From a virus: a DNA stretch of 64,000 nt. Shown one piece after another: positions 14,901 through 23,400 of this stretch; the first letter of the stretch is position 1, and each line of letters opens with the position of its first letter. The stretch lies in IMG/VR virus record IMGVR_UViG_3300009103_000007, positions 57,042 through 121,041 of that record. The stretch is one strand, 5' to 3'. A program made the position numbers and the translations under genes. The notes beneath the pieces were generated by a model, which did not search any database, was not told where the DNA came from, and saw nothing but the letters and a program-made list of their open reading frames with translations.

Positions 14901-15754
14901 CAGCCACACTTAATGCGGAGATGCACGAAAGATTATTGAGAGCATCATCCAGAGGCGGAGTCAATGTATTTGAAGCCACATATAAGGAATGGTACGATAA
15001 TCCAGGCCAAAGCGCTGAAGAATATATTTCATATCAGATGAGGATGATGAGTAAGTATGTAATTCCGCCTAGGTTCGATTTCATGGAATATAAGGATATA
15101 ACAAAACTCACCGCAGTTTGTCCCATGATGTATATATTCCAATTCCGAGCCCTTTTAGACGAAAAGGATTTAGCTAATATATGGCAGAATATCATGCCAT
15201 CTAGCAGAACTTCAGCTGCGAATGGTAGGTACTCCAACATAAAAGAATCAGAAGATTTGAATATGGCGCCCGACGTTAAATATGTATCACACTTTATTAC
15301 AAATCATGGCAATTTTCGACCGGATCAAGAAGTGAACGATGCGAATCCTAGATTTTCACCTGTCAGCGACATTGATCAAGATAGGTTTCTTAACGGCAAG
15401 GTGAGATGGTTGGTGTTTAAGGCAAAAATGAGAGCAGAGACAGATTTGGCGAAAATAAAACAAAAGTCAATAGACAAATCCTTTTTAGTGGAAGAGTCGT
15501 CGCTAGAGACATCTTCTAACAGAAACTACTCTAGGAGTGCCACGCATTCGCCAGGGGATCCTATTGATTATGTGCCAGATATATTTTCTGAAGCAGATGG
15601 GGTTATCCGCCACAACCCGGACGAAGATTCAAACCTTCCAGCTGCGTCAGACTTGCAGCGCATTTATAGATATGGTTATAACTGGCCTTATGATTTCTTT
15701 TCTTTGGTAGAACTAGTTAAGGTAGAGGCCAAGATGGATTTTGTAAAGAGGTGA
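2921..15754 (+). CDS. Giant baseplate/receptor-binding structural protein, 4,277 aa, with about four LamG (concanavalin A-like) domains
   Basis: Uninterrupted 12.8-kb ORF. It has repeated LamG signatures: TVEFWLK..WHHYAITV..LYVDG..LDEFRYW; FTISAWI..FHHVVVV..LYLDG..FFNKALNSAEIEELY..SWWKMGEG; FFAWIK..WHLVGFVY..IYVDG..IWSTALSNDQVAELY..AWYRFGDG. It lies in the baseplate block. Confidence 0.75.
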   Translation: MTNYRDKYRNRPSRKLTEFDSTERKNIFFNKRGENILANKDIDDITPLDAESERFIRAFIKKKTRYVPEMDHNDPSTFAFYGSAEKYYEDSISRIYDTYPYDGSKAERLEWFLSSSYLDIYMFEHEYPKSTGYVKLSPEGWGLKEASDSKYGKPANLQYIYFNGGPHKNNIYNAAKNRESNLKIDGAKGNTVEFWLKKKAYVSSTLTTREVLFDVHASRITASTDNDYARFRVELDQSVTSGSPFRVTYLSGAVGFDSELIGKNITKASVADDSWHHYAITVKHSGSSGLCAKLYVDGALEDVKKQEITSFGSVDRHLVGTVGALVAEDGTAGGLGWGKLSGSLDEFRYWKEERSSKQIGRYWYSPVAGGTDKDHSNASLGLYYKFNEGLTSPIRDRTILDYSGRISNGKFVGYTSSCRSTSSAITEASVISESGFVEKGDPIVNKENTQVIALQENYSKKGSSHDRSNLSSMQNTIPAYITESGGPLFQELLQVVSSAFDDIYIKIKLLPKIKDYTYHDFFNKKGTSKVLRDNNFLLGCESSEDFEFVGSHIKPWISYILEHFGLVSRNVFANVEVFEHFSNRAEKVTYEQQLHEVKNVILSNIHRNLPLLYKTKGTEQSFRNLIRCFGVDDELVRLNVYANNEEYKISNNATYSILKPKSVDFTDKDYLGTIYPIAAASDERSYITASSGQIPITVEGNFIFQEGKDETQSFEKTSLFGMYSVEGKQTSSDLSWASPSSGSFQVYASKYKKHGNRAQFVLESASDLFETVTSSYFPDVYDGSHWNISVRMGKYSDLKYDVAASSSVGTHAVEFAGYNYDLDVLKHSFYVTKSIAATDYEAFCKSNMAPYLGAQRTNFSGSSITPADSRALSFNVWHDKLSELELKEHAKNPLSYGRQDPQFVSNFDVGKNLSGQDSLVLRWQFSDITASSGNGELSVVDYTSGSLYRSTSAGYKYPGKGFGFASTTGSIRQEFLPVTKYAGIDNVYTSDRVKIRTIDSTAYEADSRPITYYFTFEKSMYQAISEEMMNFFSGVKGLNNLLGDPINKYRENYKLLGKLRQRFFEKVESDIEFERYIQYYRWIDDSLSNFLNQLTPLSSEFSDRIRDIVESHVLERNKYQHKFPTLEPKDGDLEAHVMGINELLYDWEFGHAPPVDTDKVITHRPLIKAVYFPGGFNANPGGDDELIIDKISKSLSFNNAPIARNSPSTISSYSLAGTEFIVGNSPSGDWSGQAGKLATWDAENSEWDFSVNPYGENPGYNAFTISAWINISSYHGNNASDKRIILEKSYEYKLAMDYKLSSGNNVPDKLQFFIYDQGTNGYSSTNRMQLLSSTAAATMTDHEFHHVVVVVDSTSGDKIRLYLDGTQITLDSDTTVTTSGAGVTNMRAGSGKLKFGEDMDYGHDYLADTVFFNKALNSAEIEELYNSGDLMEVSEHSAYDNVISWWKMGEGDATGAAGVRDSVGSHHGTLQNEGTIVQYSSGESPNTVLAKYGDGSFNGGTVNFYYDWDKEQIVRETIKVASEKKSCFWWQERAERNLINVLGMSSSVDNTREVIKLRGNTVVSGSTYAIRKLSRPYKISLDMQKSYKGGGNHKANKTKDLYKVVNYDESNELIIRSEDIGVFKECGDIKEPAAKKSYFAKVDLAGADDYSDTDASMVLPFTLMSSSVGTDFSNFKQNLQITNNHHDGMGASDEISIRSSFAAAHVGGMPHRHVAFNNNFQGRRAIAIVNFTGQTNQGGESVDLTPRGGTRERYREGVEWSKVNGNAAASALNLSNAINVSSNFEARIDPTDSTKILITSLRPGNLGNKDEIVFNNGGGSSAMWTIQKFSSGLFQDRPEAYHLTGADNGSWLKLKKVDLVNARSQFYRDFAANTFYNVKNIKYNTSSALIGNYDKDYQIVMTTGRRSNNGYLLDLTASAYPANPSWSWPISGVIDHAIVERPRQSHVITSRFSTVGGESASPHTRDMETDEYSIYSTLNYKNAIIRRALNELHRERSNQFGFRLGSADSGSHTVGVPSPLNHASVHMTNRNPRHALRYDKVKDFNTKVIKFDGTSDYFDISATRLIFKDSAGSSFFAWIKHPEVTQVYSHALLAINGPTGNDNPLIFGLSGTGFSAAEEGHPMWWDDATGTPIRYLPAPSSSKARIDDDKWHLVGFVYNSAGNMATIYVDGVQYDEPFVVSSLTSVIAANDYVSIGTEFDASSAGTPGNWAKGYVSNVSIWSTALSNDQVAELYTDGYAERSNFWEGYKTGPANLLHHSAAKHLAAWYRFGDGYDESTPANKDMLGGDNNSDAGNRIYDMSPGTKYHATPMGTFAASAMLDAEGFPGRTGPAPKFDNFFVNHPIPQSEFQYAWITASIDKSKTVYDFVESNAGFGYQHNFSITDSVTGEYLKSKESIPFITISEVGSHHGIYAASDPDTEVPLTFGLSLVGSAAGIVADDDRYVMTDFVGMNTIVYEPVNPTTNTLGHNSLEMVNTAGQTVIQDINYINSTINNTDLPWEGMYSPPVVTGDDTVVPEGLATTLNAIINNRQGPYGWPSWKQLRGASHPVARSHRKANIHSFVVRGGVTPNEVNINSLQLYEVDAFSNEYNSKTNIVYPENYNGQRNEEFNVVKMTNARSNANYIDIPVTVRFNPVCFSEHANRMPGTLGGPHRLSFWEAKSRLEKASQNQEQSIWDLDEYIYDLWASSAGTGLSGQSPEGDPLLLERSDAQFSSRAWDITATKVSYQNDVTTYANKKITEKLEIDEYRQGAALNLIGQVGRFSEAASSEINYIETIYPREENTFTKNARTREKFKFTWVSGSSNRTKIFENSNNYGSYIAISSSSPYYYLFPEISSKGNIGYRDHNGLNIEAVDMVGDETATGFGTLHRITSSVWLLDSRKDFSKPPLNLTASYFRGRHGLRTESDRNDFLANRDQGKRGEGTLQNDYNIFGLGYNALHGYTPPAPLYNRRIPQFVQISNAQCTITAANSWGSGWPDTYHERTVTIKDADGNSVIFKVNKNTAYTTTGGALGVGNGTVSIPLQGAVDTGKAITGIRNALLFAASSDIAQYTLNITVSDIEESKRIILTQTTPGTIGNTTLTFSHGGSNPLSSAYTFADSSFTKGADAEYLSGEAKWETGQQADRYPSKDSYYLQTNAVKAIAQDHSLIPEFRISDFVEDVVTNENGDFLSISDKFLSLTGALYANSEGEIESDTKFFKTYSTSEFMKYFDIVSENCIEHDFLPRRFTLKCNAALQFVPYYGFYPAERTQQLAELFGRGYMPDDSWSVNFTPGTGIANKSHYLKKKISGSLARAVKPLFSPGVLYNSIKSGIAVDYPIFKTDISQGLGSATKGVKYLTSTSGPLKKWHHLSASAGQSGITGSLINGTHMAGYRNFTGSIATMRAGIPRLSGSVESPSVGGVSYRVKFEDLLNPENLFEKSMYNSEPHPSASAYFGGREWSKINDYPYKFGTINKNDDHFGRLGIATFSRSKGLATSLAPYKMAMNNFAAETVNFFLKDSKVATLTSKEVNFQLDADVIYKTRIYLKNVDLMMYDRHSAFGPPVDEGEGLEVTITTAAGGKRAYGGNMRSHVVDGGTLAWQTDAVMTTLPAIKINFLNEDGTETEKKIQFYNAASTPDTLETADIYSIKLCDENKNVISDESLATKIILGLGHLGFVDMSSMGAHIFNTSQANPGAGANSGTFSVTKVNGSDGTNTFYILSADAIAAGANAHLFQYLDDLTGGTNVTLVQRETETRNHMHGYAPFTPPFLDKNSEPYMEISYRPQSTDAEDPRIVNVTLDKIHRGMTVEYKNFHPDNEPNNKLNNTNFRESMNLGASLDFKEFVRYYDSGNHNEEILAKRRWVIQTKWETPVLDFKNAEKTALRLDTMTTEKISTSPWKVRNWDSYYTIEHSSDIPYLTGSTGMWHQNGVRTSTSGNGYYMQVSDIPGLDQDHQLGRHLGWTNGAGRTTESGITPVGRISQKKEISEAVVAIPYTVDSETCEVKFFNLELSSRMRAATLNAEMHERLLRASSRGGVNVFEATYKEWYDNPGQSAEEYISYQMRMMSKYVIPPRFDFMEYKDITKLTAVCPMMYIFQFRALLDEKDLANIWQNIMPSSRTSAANGRYSNIKESEDLNMAPDVKYVSHFITNHGNFRPDQEVNDANPRFSPVSDIDQDRFLNGKVRWLVFKAKMRAETDLAKIKQKSIDKSFLVEESSLETSSNRNYSRSATHSPGDPIDYVPDIFSEADGVIRHNPDEDSNLPAASDLQRIYRYGYNWPYDFFSLVELVKVEAKMDFVKR

Positions 15755-15758
15755 AAAA

Positions 15759-16670
15759 ATGACTTTTTATAACAAAAAAGAAGATGTAATAGATATCAAA
15801 TTAACACAATTCGGAAAGAACCTGTTAAGCCGCGGCGCCTTTAAGCCAGCGTATTATGCTTTTTTTGACGATGACATCATATATGAGGCTGCTGCAGGTT
15901 TTGTGAAAGAACTACAAAACAATAGCGAAGACAGAATTAGGGATTCAATTCGTTTACAGACACCTTATGTAAACATTGGTATTGAAACAAGATTTGACCA
16001 AGAAACCAAGAAAATTGAAAAAGGTGATTCCAGTGTTTATAAGATAATACAAAGAAAACAGAACCCACTAGAAAAAGAAAAATTGTTAAAGTACCCGCTT
16101 GCAGACAAAGAACTGGGCACCCAAAAGACACCTTACTTCAAAGTGGCGTTCCTAGGAAGTGAAATCACAGGTAGTGTCACAAAATTGATAGAAAAAGTGT
16201 CAAACCCCTCAGATTTGAAAATCAAATCGCCGACCGGCATATTAACATCTACGCCACAGATTGCTACCAAGCCATTTGTGAATTTAAAAATAGATTATAG
16301 TCGCATCATTGAACCCGACGCCACGACCCCATCAGATTTTACTGTTGATCTTCTTGCGGATGAAATAACCTATCCAAATGGAATAAGGATCAAAAAGGAA
16401 GAGGCTAATATAATTCTTGACTTGCAGGAATTCGGTGTGCCACATCTTCAAGATAATTTTGAAATTGAGATATTTGAATTCATTGAAGAGGTAGCATCTA
16501 CCGATGATCCGAACACCGAAGAGGACGAGGGTCTAATACTGACAAGGACAGTTAAACTTGAAGATAATGATCAGATATTTGAATTGTTTGATATTTTTAC
16601 GGATTCATCAGTTTCAGTTTATGACCCAGAACAGCGCGCCAAGGAACGCCGAGCACGCACTATTTATTAG
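15759..16670 (+). CDS. Baseplate-region structural protein, 303 aa
   Basis: The N-terminus IDIKLTQFGKNLLSRGAFKPAYYAFFDDDIIY matches the N-terminus of the 24416 ORF, suggesting a paralog. Confidence 0.6.
   Translation: MTFYNKKEDVIDIKLTQFGKNLLSRGAFKPAYYAFFDDDIIYEAAAGFVKELQNNSEDRIRDSIRLQTPYVNIGIETRFDQETKKIEKGDSSVYKIIQRKQNPLEKEKLLKYPLADKELGTQKTPYFKVAFLGSEITGSVTKLIEKVSNPSDLKIKSPTGILTSTPQIATKPFVNLKIDYSRIIEPDATTPSDFTVDLLADEITYPNGIRIKKEEANIILDLQEFGVPHLQDNFEIEIFEFIEEVASTDDPNTEEDEGLILTRTVKLEDNDQIFELFDIFTDSSVSVYDPEQRAKERRARTIY
16659..16668 (+). promoter_or_regulatory. Putative late promoter motif ACTATTTATT
   Basis: One of about 14 similar motifs located shortly upstream of structural gene starts; this one overlaps the upstream stop codon. 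Confidence 0.5.
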
Positions 16671-16684
16671 TATTTGGAGGATGA

Positions 16685-19600
16685 ATGAGTACACCAGATC
16701 AGATAGCAAACTATAGTCCCTTTCCTGCGCTTTCGATTACATCGGTATTCATAGGCACTGATGACGTGACAATACGCTGCAGTATATCCACTTCCGGTGG
16801 CACAACCTTGACGCCATCTTGGTTCGAAGCTGGTGTTTTTTCACGTTTTGTAAAGTTTTATTTTGTATTAACTGGTATTCATTTTAGGGAGGATGACCAC
16901 AACTCTTCGTGGACTCAAGCCGCCGCGGCCCTGAATATAGATGCCAAAACGCGTTGTCAGTTCCTTCAAAACGAGGGCCTATTCGAAGATTCAGGGTTCG
17001 CTGGACTTACGTCAATTAAAGTTGTTAATTTGTCGGAAATAATATTGGACGAGGCTCAATATAGATCAACGAAGGATGTGAATAATATAATATTTGAAAT
17101 AAAGATCCCAATCAAATTAGGAAACGACTCAGCCGAATACGCCACCGACCGCGACCCGCTCGTTGGCGAATACACCGAAAACAAGATAAGTTTGGTGGCA
17201 TTTAGTCACTTAGATGTTCAGGAATTGGCAGATCAGTTTGACATTAACATACCAGAAAACCCCACTGATCCATTGTGGCAGATTGGCGGGAATATGACGT
17301 ACGATACGCTTCTTACGAGAAGTGCTGAACAAGATCCAATGAAGGTACCAGACACTATTAATACTTTTGTGTATTCTCAATCGGGTACATACAGGGGCAA
17401 ATCATATGTCACTGGCCAGCCATATATCGGCCCTGCACACTATCACAATGATCCCCTTTATTTCAATGCCGGTGACCCCAATGGGAACGATAGATATTAC
17501 GGCACTGATGCAGAAACTGGTACGGGATACACTGGGTGGATGGCCGGCGCAATTCACAACCATGCGCCAGCACCTGATCAACGACAACCCTTGTTAGCTG
17601 TTCGTGAAACCAGAAACACAAAAGTTAGCGCAGTTGCTTCCACATTTTCGAGTGTTGGTTTTTCTGTTGGCTTCTTCGGCGCAAATGCCATATATAGCCA
17701 AGAAGAGGGTCAGTTACAACTTGGTGGCCCATTAGTGGAAGATTTAGATAAAAAATTTAAACAAACGTTTGATCCTCTAGTTCTTTACGGTCGCAGCGGC
17801 CGCGCTCAAGGAGGCCTTGGGTTTGTTGAAACATATTTAGATAGGATGAGGCAAATTTATTTTATGAAGGAGCATAAGAAGAATTCGATAGAATTTATTG
17901 TGGATAAGGAGGCGTGGATCCACACTGAGCATGCGCCCCCAATACAGGCATCGGACACGGGTTCTGGCGTTGGGCAAACACGTGAAATTGGTAGAAGTTA
18001 CCATGGTATCCTATTCGGCCTAGATTACAGAAAGATAGTACAAACAAACTCTGTATATGGGTTTCTTCTTAAGAAATTTGCACCAAATCCGATCGTACCC
18101 GACCGCCGCGACTCACTTCTTGCAAGATGCGATCTTGAGGAGATAAAGATATATAGGAGGAGGTTATCTAATGTTCCAAGTGGCAACAACAGCATGGGCT
18201 CTAATGGGTTTGAATATCACCGCGACGAGGAGTTTGGGGAAAAACTTCTTGTAACTTCTTTTGACCGGCCAGACCTTGAGAGGAATACTCACTCTGAGAA
18301 CTATAAGATGAATCTCTTCCCCGCCGGCGATGCTACTGGCGCTGCATCCATACAAGAGTTGGATGTTCGTTATGATCATCTTGGGGAAAACGAACACTTG
18401 AGAAGCTTCCTTGTTAAAGATTTTGAGTTATTTCGAAAAGTGAATTATGGAAAATACACGTACATAGTAGAGTTAAAAATAAGAGATGGAATTAAAAGCT
18501 ACATCGTTGAGCGCTATAATGCCCTGCTGGAGGCATCGCAAGTTCTTAAAGAGTTTGTTGTCTTAGCTTCGAGGCCTTATGTAGATATGAATAATAGATT
18601 TTCAGGCTTCGACCATCAAGGGACTTTGGTGAAAACTAATATTGCGCCTCATGGATTGGTGCCCCTGACTTCAGTGGGATCTTATGATTATGTTATGGAT
18701 GCCTATACGGAAGACTTCATCAATACAATAGAAAATAATGATTCAATGTGGCCTAGCAAAATTAGAAATTCTATAGAAACTTATATTGATTCGGCTGTCC
18801 TTCTTACTGATAGTGGTAATGCCGCGATTCCCATTTTCGCGCGAAAAGGACAACTCATGTCAGCCGTAATACCCAACTCGGATTCACCAACACGCGCCAA
18901 AGTTAGGTACGCACAGGAGCTTTGTGAGCAGGTTTCTTCTTTAGTTGGAATTTATGAAAAGTTGTTAGAAAGAGACAAGTATACCCCTGCGCGCCGCTGT
19001 CCAGTTAACAATCCATTATCAATATGTTCAGAATTCAATAACACAGAGGATAATCATATGTGTAAAAATTCTCTTACTGGCGGTTTTCATGGTTCTTCTA
19101 CCCCGCGCGCGCCAAAAAAACATATTATAATTAAGGCAGATCTGCGCTTTACCGTCGAGGCTATCAGGGAAGGCGACGTGGTCGTTTCTTTCGATGTGGT
19201 TAATCCTACAGTGTTGCCTCCGGGCATTCGCCATGGTTTTGATCAGGCAACAGAAAGAAATCTACTGACGGCCGCTCAGATAGCTGCCGAATACAGACCC
19301 TCTGATGAAGCTGTTGATCCATCAGAGTTTTCTGATCGATTGGATTCGGGGCCCCCTGCTAGTGATTATGATGTTTCTGATGTTTTGGATATGGACTATG
19401 GATACGCGCCGACAGCCGTAAGCATGGGCCCAGCAATGCCCGAAATAGATACTTCGGCTTTAGCTCGCAGCTTATCAAGCTCAGATTCTACTCTACCTGG
19501 GTTTGGTGTAACGGGAAGAGAACTCTCGGCGTTAGCTAGTGGGTTGTCCACTCTTAATGTCGAGCCTCGCGAAATAAAGATTTTTTCTGCTGCTGAGGCG

Positions 19601-20464
19601 TGGACAATTGCAAGCAATGATGAAATGAAAGGAACAAAAACCGCCAATGAACAAAGTGCGAAAGCAAATAGACTGGAAATAATTGTAGGACAGGGTAACG
19701 CTAGGGATAGCGACGGCTCTGCTGGTTTTGGGTTCTATTACGATCCTTCTGCCTATAATTCGCAAGCCGCGGCCGCTGCTGGCATTGTAGGGGGTATTTC
19801 TTTTGGAATTGCCGGCGCAGGCGTCGGCACCGCGACCCCATCGCCCCGCCGTTCGGTCCCTGCGAATTACGGACTTGATATTGAGCGCCGCACAAAACTA
19901 TCTGCTGCTATCGAGGCCGCTTTGTGTGCTGCCGCCGGCTTTCGAAATTTTTCTGCGATTTTGGAAAGGGAAAGTTTGGAGGTAACAGCAGAAGAGCTTG
20001 CAGTGGCTAGAAATGTTGGGAATCAATATTACCAAACCATGGATATGCTTCGTGCAGCAACCCGAGTTTTTAATGTTGGCCCAGGCATGCCCGCGGGGTC
20101 AAACTCAATGTCTCAGAATGCCAGAGAGGCTACGCGGAATGGTGAAATCTCGGGAGGTATATCTGACTTACCCTCAGCTCGCACTTTCGAATCTCCCGCA
20201 CAACTACAACGCGCCGACCCGCATGCTGAATTCTTTGGCTCTAGGAGCGCTCCGCTAGTACTTAAGACCGGTCCGTCCCTTGGTGCTTCCGGCGCCGGTA
20301 CATTTAGGAACCTACCGCGAAATTCAAGAATAGTATCCACTCCAATGCCGGGATCGACAGTGATGCTTGCAAGGATTCAACACAATTCACGTTCAGAATT
20401 TGCAGGTCAGGGAAATGTGAGAACATCTAATGATGTGGGATTCTTGGAGGTGCGTAATGACTAA
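16685..20464 (+). CDS. Large hypothetical (probably virion) protein, 1,259 aa
   Basis: Long ORF preceded by GGAGG. The C-terminal third is Ala/Gly/Ser-rich. No family recognised. Confidence 0.6.
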   Translation: MSTPDQIANYSPFPALSITSVFIGTDDVTIRCSISTSGGTTLTPSWFEAGVFSRFVKFYFVLTGIHFREDDHNSSWTQAAAALNIDAKTRCQFLQNEGLFEDSGFAGLTSIKVVNLSEIILDEAQYRSTKDVNNIIFEIKIPIKLGNDSAEYATDRDPLVGEYTENKISLVAFSHLDVQELADQFDINIPENPTDPLWQIGGNMTYDTLLTRSAEQDPMKVPDTINTFVYSQSGTYRGKSYVTGQPYIGPAHYHNDPLYFNAGDPNGNDRYYGTDAETGTGYTGWMAGAIHNHAPAPDQRQPLLAVRETRNTKVSAVASTFSSVGFSVGFFGANAIYSQEEGQLQLGGPLVEDLDKKFKQTFDPLVLYGRSGRAQGGLGFVETYLDRMRQIYFMKEHKKNSIEFIVDKEAWIHTEHAPPIQASDTGSGVGQTREIGRSYHGILFGLDYRKIVQTNSVYGFLLKKFAPNPIVPDRRDSLLARCDLEEIKIYRRRLSNVPSGNNSMGSNGFEYHRDEEFGEKLLVTSFDRPDLERNTHSENYKMNLFPAGDATGAASIQELDVRYDHLGENEHLRSFLVKDFELFRKVNYGKYTYIVELKIRDGIKSYIVERYNALLEASQVLKEFVVLASRPYVDMNNRFSGFDHQGTLVKTNIAPHGLVPLTSVGSYDYVMDAYTEDFINTIENNDSMWPSKIRNSIETYIDSAVLLTDSGNAAIPIFARKGQLMSAVIPNSDSPTRAKVRYAQELCEQVSSLVGIYEKLLERDKYTPARRCPVNNPLSICSEFNNTEDNHMCKNSLTGGFHGSSTPRAPKKHIIIKADLRFTVEAIREGDVVVSFDVVNPTVLPPGIRHGFDQATERNLLTAAQIAAEYRPSDEAVDPSEFSDRLDSGPPASDYDVSDVLDMDYGYAPTAVSMGPAMPEIDTSALARSLSSSDSTLPGFGVTGRELSALASGLSTLNVEPREIKIFSAAEAWTIASNDEMKGTKTANEQSAKANRLEIIVGQGNARDSDGSAGFGFYYDPSAYNSQAAAAAGIVGGISFGIAGAGVGTATPSPRRSVPANYGLDIERRTKLSAAIEAALCAAAGFRNFSAILERESLEVTAEELAVARNVGNQYYQTMDMLRAATRVFNVGPGMPAGSNSMSQNAREATRNGEISGGISDLPSARTFESPAQLQRADPHAEFFGSRSAPLVLKTGPSLGASGAGTFRNLPRNSRIVSTPMPGSTVMLARIQHNSRSEFAGQGNVRTSNDVGFLEVRND

Positions 20465-23400
20465 TAGATTCGAGGATCCTTGCTCTGCACCACCACCATG
20501 TCCAGATCCCAACAATCCCGAGTGTGATAATAATCCGTGGCGCCGGAATAACAACGGCGGGAACGAGACAACACCAGTCCCGCCGGTACACCCCAGAACA
20601 GCTACAAGGGTCTTATTTCCAAAAAATGTAATCACTTCGAACGAGATGTTACTATCGGATTCTGATCCGGATTCCGACTCTTTCAACAATCCACTAACTT
20701 CCAATAGAAGTGTGACATTGATAGATACTCATTTTTGGCTGCAGGGGCTTCCGTTTCGACACAATGAACGAGGGCAGGCAGATCAAACTTCCAATTGGGC
20801 CCAGCGCGCCTCAAAATATATTCCTTCGCCGGTTAGCAGGTCATCTATACGGATCGCTTCTACAGGTCGAGATGATCATAGTAATTATGGCAGGGGTCTT
20901 GGAGGCACTGTACGTGTCCATCAGGACCGAGAAAGACAAAGGGTCAGGTACCGTGAAGGCGGCCACGCTTTAGATGAATTAGAGTATGGCATGATATCAT
21001 CTCCGTGGGAAGGCTTTGGAAAGTTTGATAGTTTTCGGTATGTTACAGCGTTATTTTATGATGTTCGAAAGTCTGGAGCTGTTGGGCCCGTGTTCCCCAT
21101 CAAATATGGGTACCAACATACGCGCCTACCAGAATTGCCGGGCGTCGAGACATTCAATTATGGTATTAAGCACAAGATAACGATAGGTAATGTCGACGGA
21201 TTCCCTACGGGTGACAGATCCGATGAGGAAAGTCCCTTTCGGTTTCCAAAAGAGGACTTTTCTGTTCCTGAAGCGAATTGGTCTGGCGCCCATTGGCGAA
21301 CTGCCATTGATGTAGACCTTACTGGATATCATGATCACGAAACCGTGGATGACGAGCAGTATGCGCACTTCGCAAACCCCGAAGAAACGACTCTTAGCAG
21401 ACGCTGGTCGCTGTATAGATCTCTCTATATGTTCGGCTACTCGAACGTGTGGCCGCGGCGCATACCAGACAAAGCGGTATACATCGGCGTCGATGCCGGA
21501 AGCCGCGGCCCAAATCCAATTGATTTTGAGAGACAATTTAAAATCGATTTGGCTGCAGCTTGGGACAATTTGCCAAATGAAAGAAAGGCGAGATACAGTC
21601 ATGGGGTTATTCCGGATAGGAGATTCATCGCGGACACAACTTTCGAGTCCCCGATACCTTTTTATGAGGGCGAATTGGCAAGGATGTCCATTCCCCAATC
21701 TGTAACAGGTAAGGTCTCACTGCATCTTACAAATACAGATATTGATAAAGTACCCACAACCAGAAAAGCTAGCTTATATAGGACATATTCAGCTACGAGG
21801 GAAAGTGCTGAACTTCTTGAAAGTGGCAATGCAGCTTGGTGCCCCATATTGCCAGATCATCAGGATAAGATCCAAAAATTTACTTGCCAAAATGTGATTG
21901 ATTTTAAGGAGATACACGACAGCGGTTTGTTAACAACATTTAATAAGCATGTGCATATAAGGATAGGCACGAGTCAGACTTCAAAATTGGCGGATTTGTT
22001 GCGAGAAACAAAAATGGATAAGCATATATTGGAGTATATGTGTAAATATTCATCGGAAAACCGACTATACACACAAGTTATGGATGAATCGCATCGCGAT
22101 ATGAATGTGGCAGTCCAAGGGCGTGACCGCGCCCAAGCCGGAGCTGGTACAACTTCTGAATCTTATAGAGTGAATGAGGGTATAGTGGAGAGTGTGAGAA
22201 TCCGAGCATGGCCTCGCCAATTTGATTTTAATTATGTAGATGATGTTCCCCCAGATCTTGCGACCACAGCTGAGAAATGGCCAGTGGACCCGATTGCATA
22301 TATAAGAGATGAGATAAAAGACTTTCAAGAAGATGAATATAGTGATTATTCTGAAATAACTTACGAAGATGCCGTAAACATGGAATGCCCAGACCAGCGC
22401 GCCATCGCCAAGTCTATTACACGCACCCAATATGCAGAAAAACTCCAGTATTCTCTGCAACGCTGCGCCGATTATCGGCGCAGCGTGAGAAGTCCCGACG
22501 GAACCCTTGCGCTTGAAACGGTCAATACGTGCATGGAACGCGTTCTCAGCGCCTTGGATAGATCGATGCGCCAAGCGCTCGCCACGATCGAGGCATCACA
22601 GCCCGGAAGCGATATAACGGTTTATTATTTTAATCCTGACACAGGGGAACTTGACAGGTCCCATGTTCTGCGCGCCAACTGCCGAAGCATCGACGCGTCT
22701 ACAGGCATTGCGAAGAAAAAATACAGCGGATTTGACAAGAAGGCATATCCGCTAAATTATGAGAATCACAATCAAGAGGACATGTTACGATTTTGGGATT
22801 TTATTAGAAGTCAAGTCTTTTGGAATAAGTTTAAAAACTTTTATTATCCTGAAAACCACTCAAACGAATATATAAGATCTTTTAAAGATATTGTGGAAGG
22901 CAAAAAAGCATACTCAGAGGTTATCGGATACAAAGTATGCAAATATATGATACTGGATGGCGAGGTTCAAGATATAGAACCCTTGCAGGAATTTTATATG
23001 ATGGACTGCAGCGAAATCCGGGAAATAGATTTTTATGACACTCAGATAGTTTTTGGCTTATCCTACATGTATAGAATTTATGCCATTAATATGGTATTCG
23101 GTTCTAGATATCAGTATGATAAGGCGTATCTTAGGGGTTGGGGAGGCTTCGGCACCGGCGGACACGCATCACACGGCGATTCTAACGCCGATGGCTCCGT
23201 ATTGGTGGGTCATAACCTTCGCGGCCCATCGATTAGTCGTTGGCAACAGGGTCCGGGCTCAAATCCCTTGCCCCACAAGAAGAACATCGATGCACGACTG
23301 GTTGTAAATACATATCCGTTTTTTACGATTGTAGAAACCCCCTTCATGGAGAAGTACGTGAAGGTAGTCGACCGGCCACCACTCTTTCCACAGGTAACAT

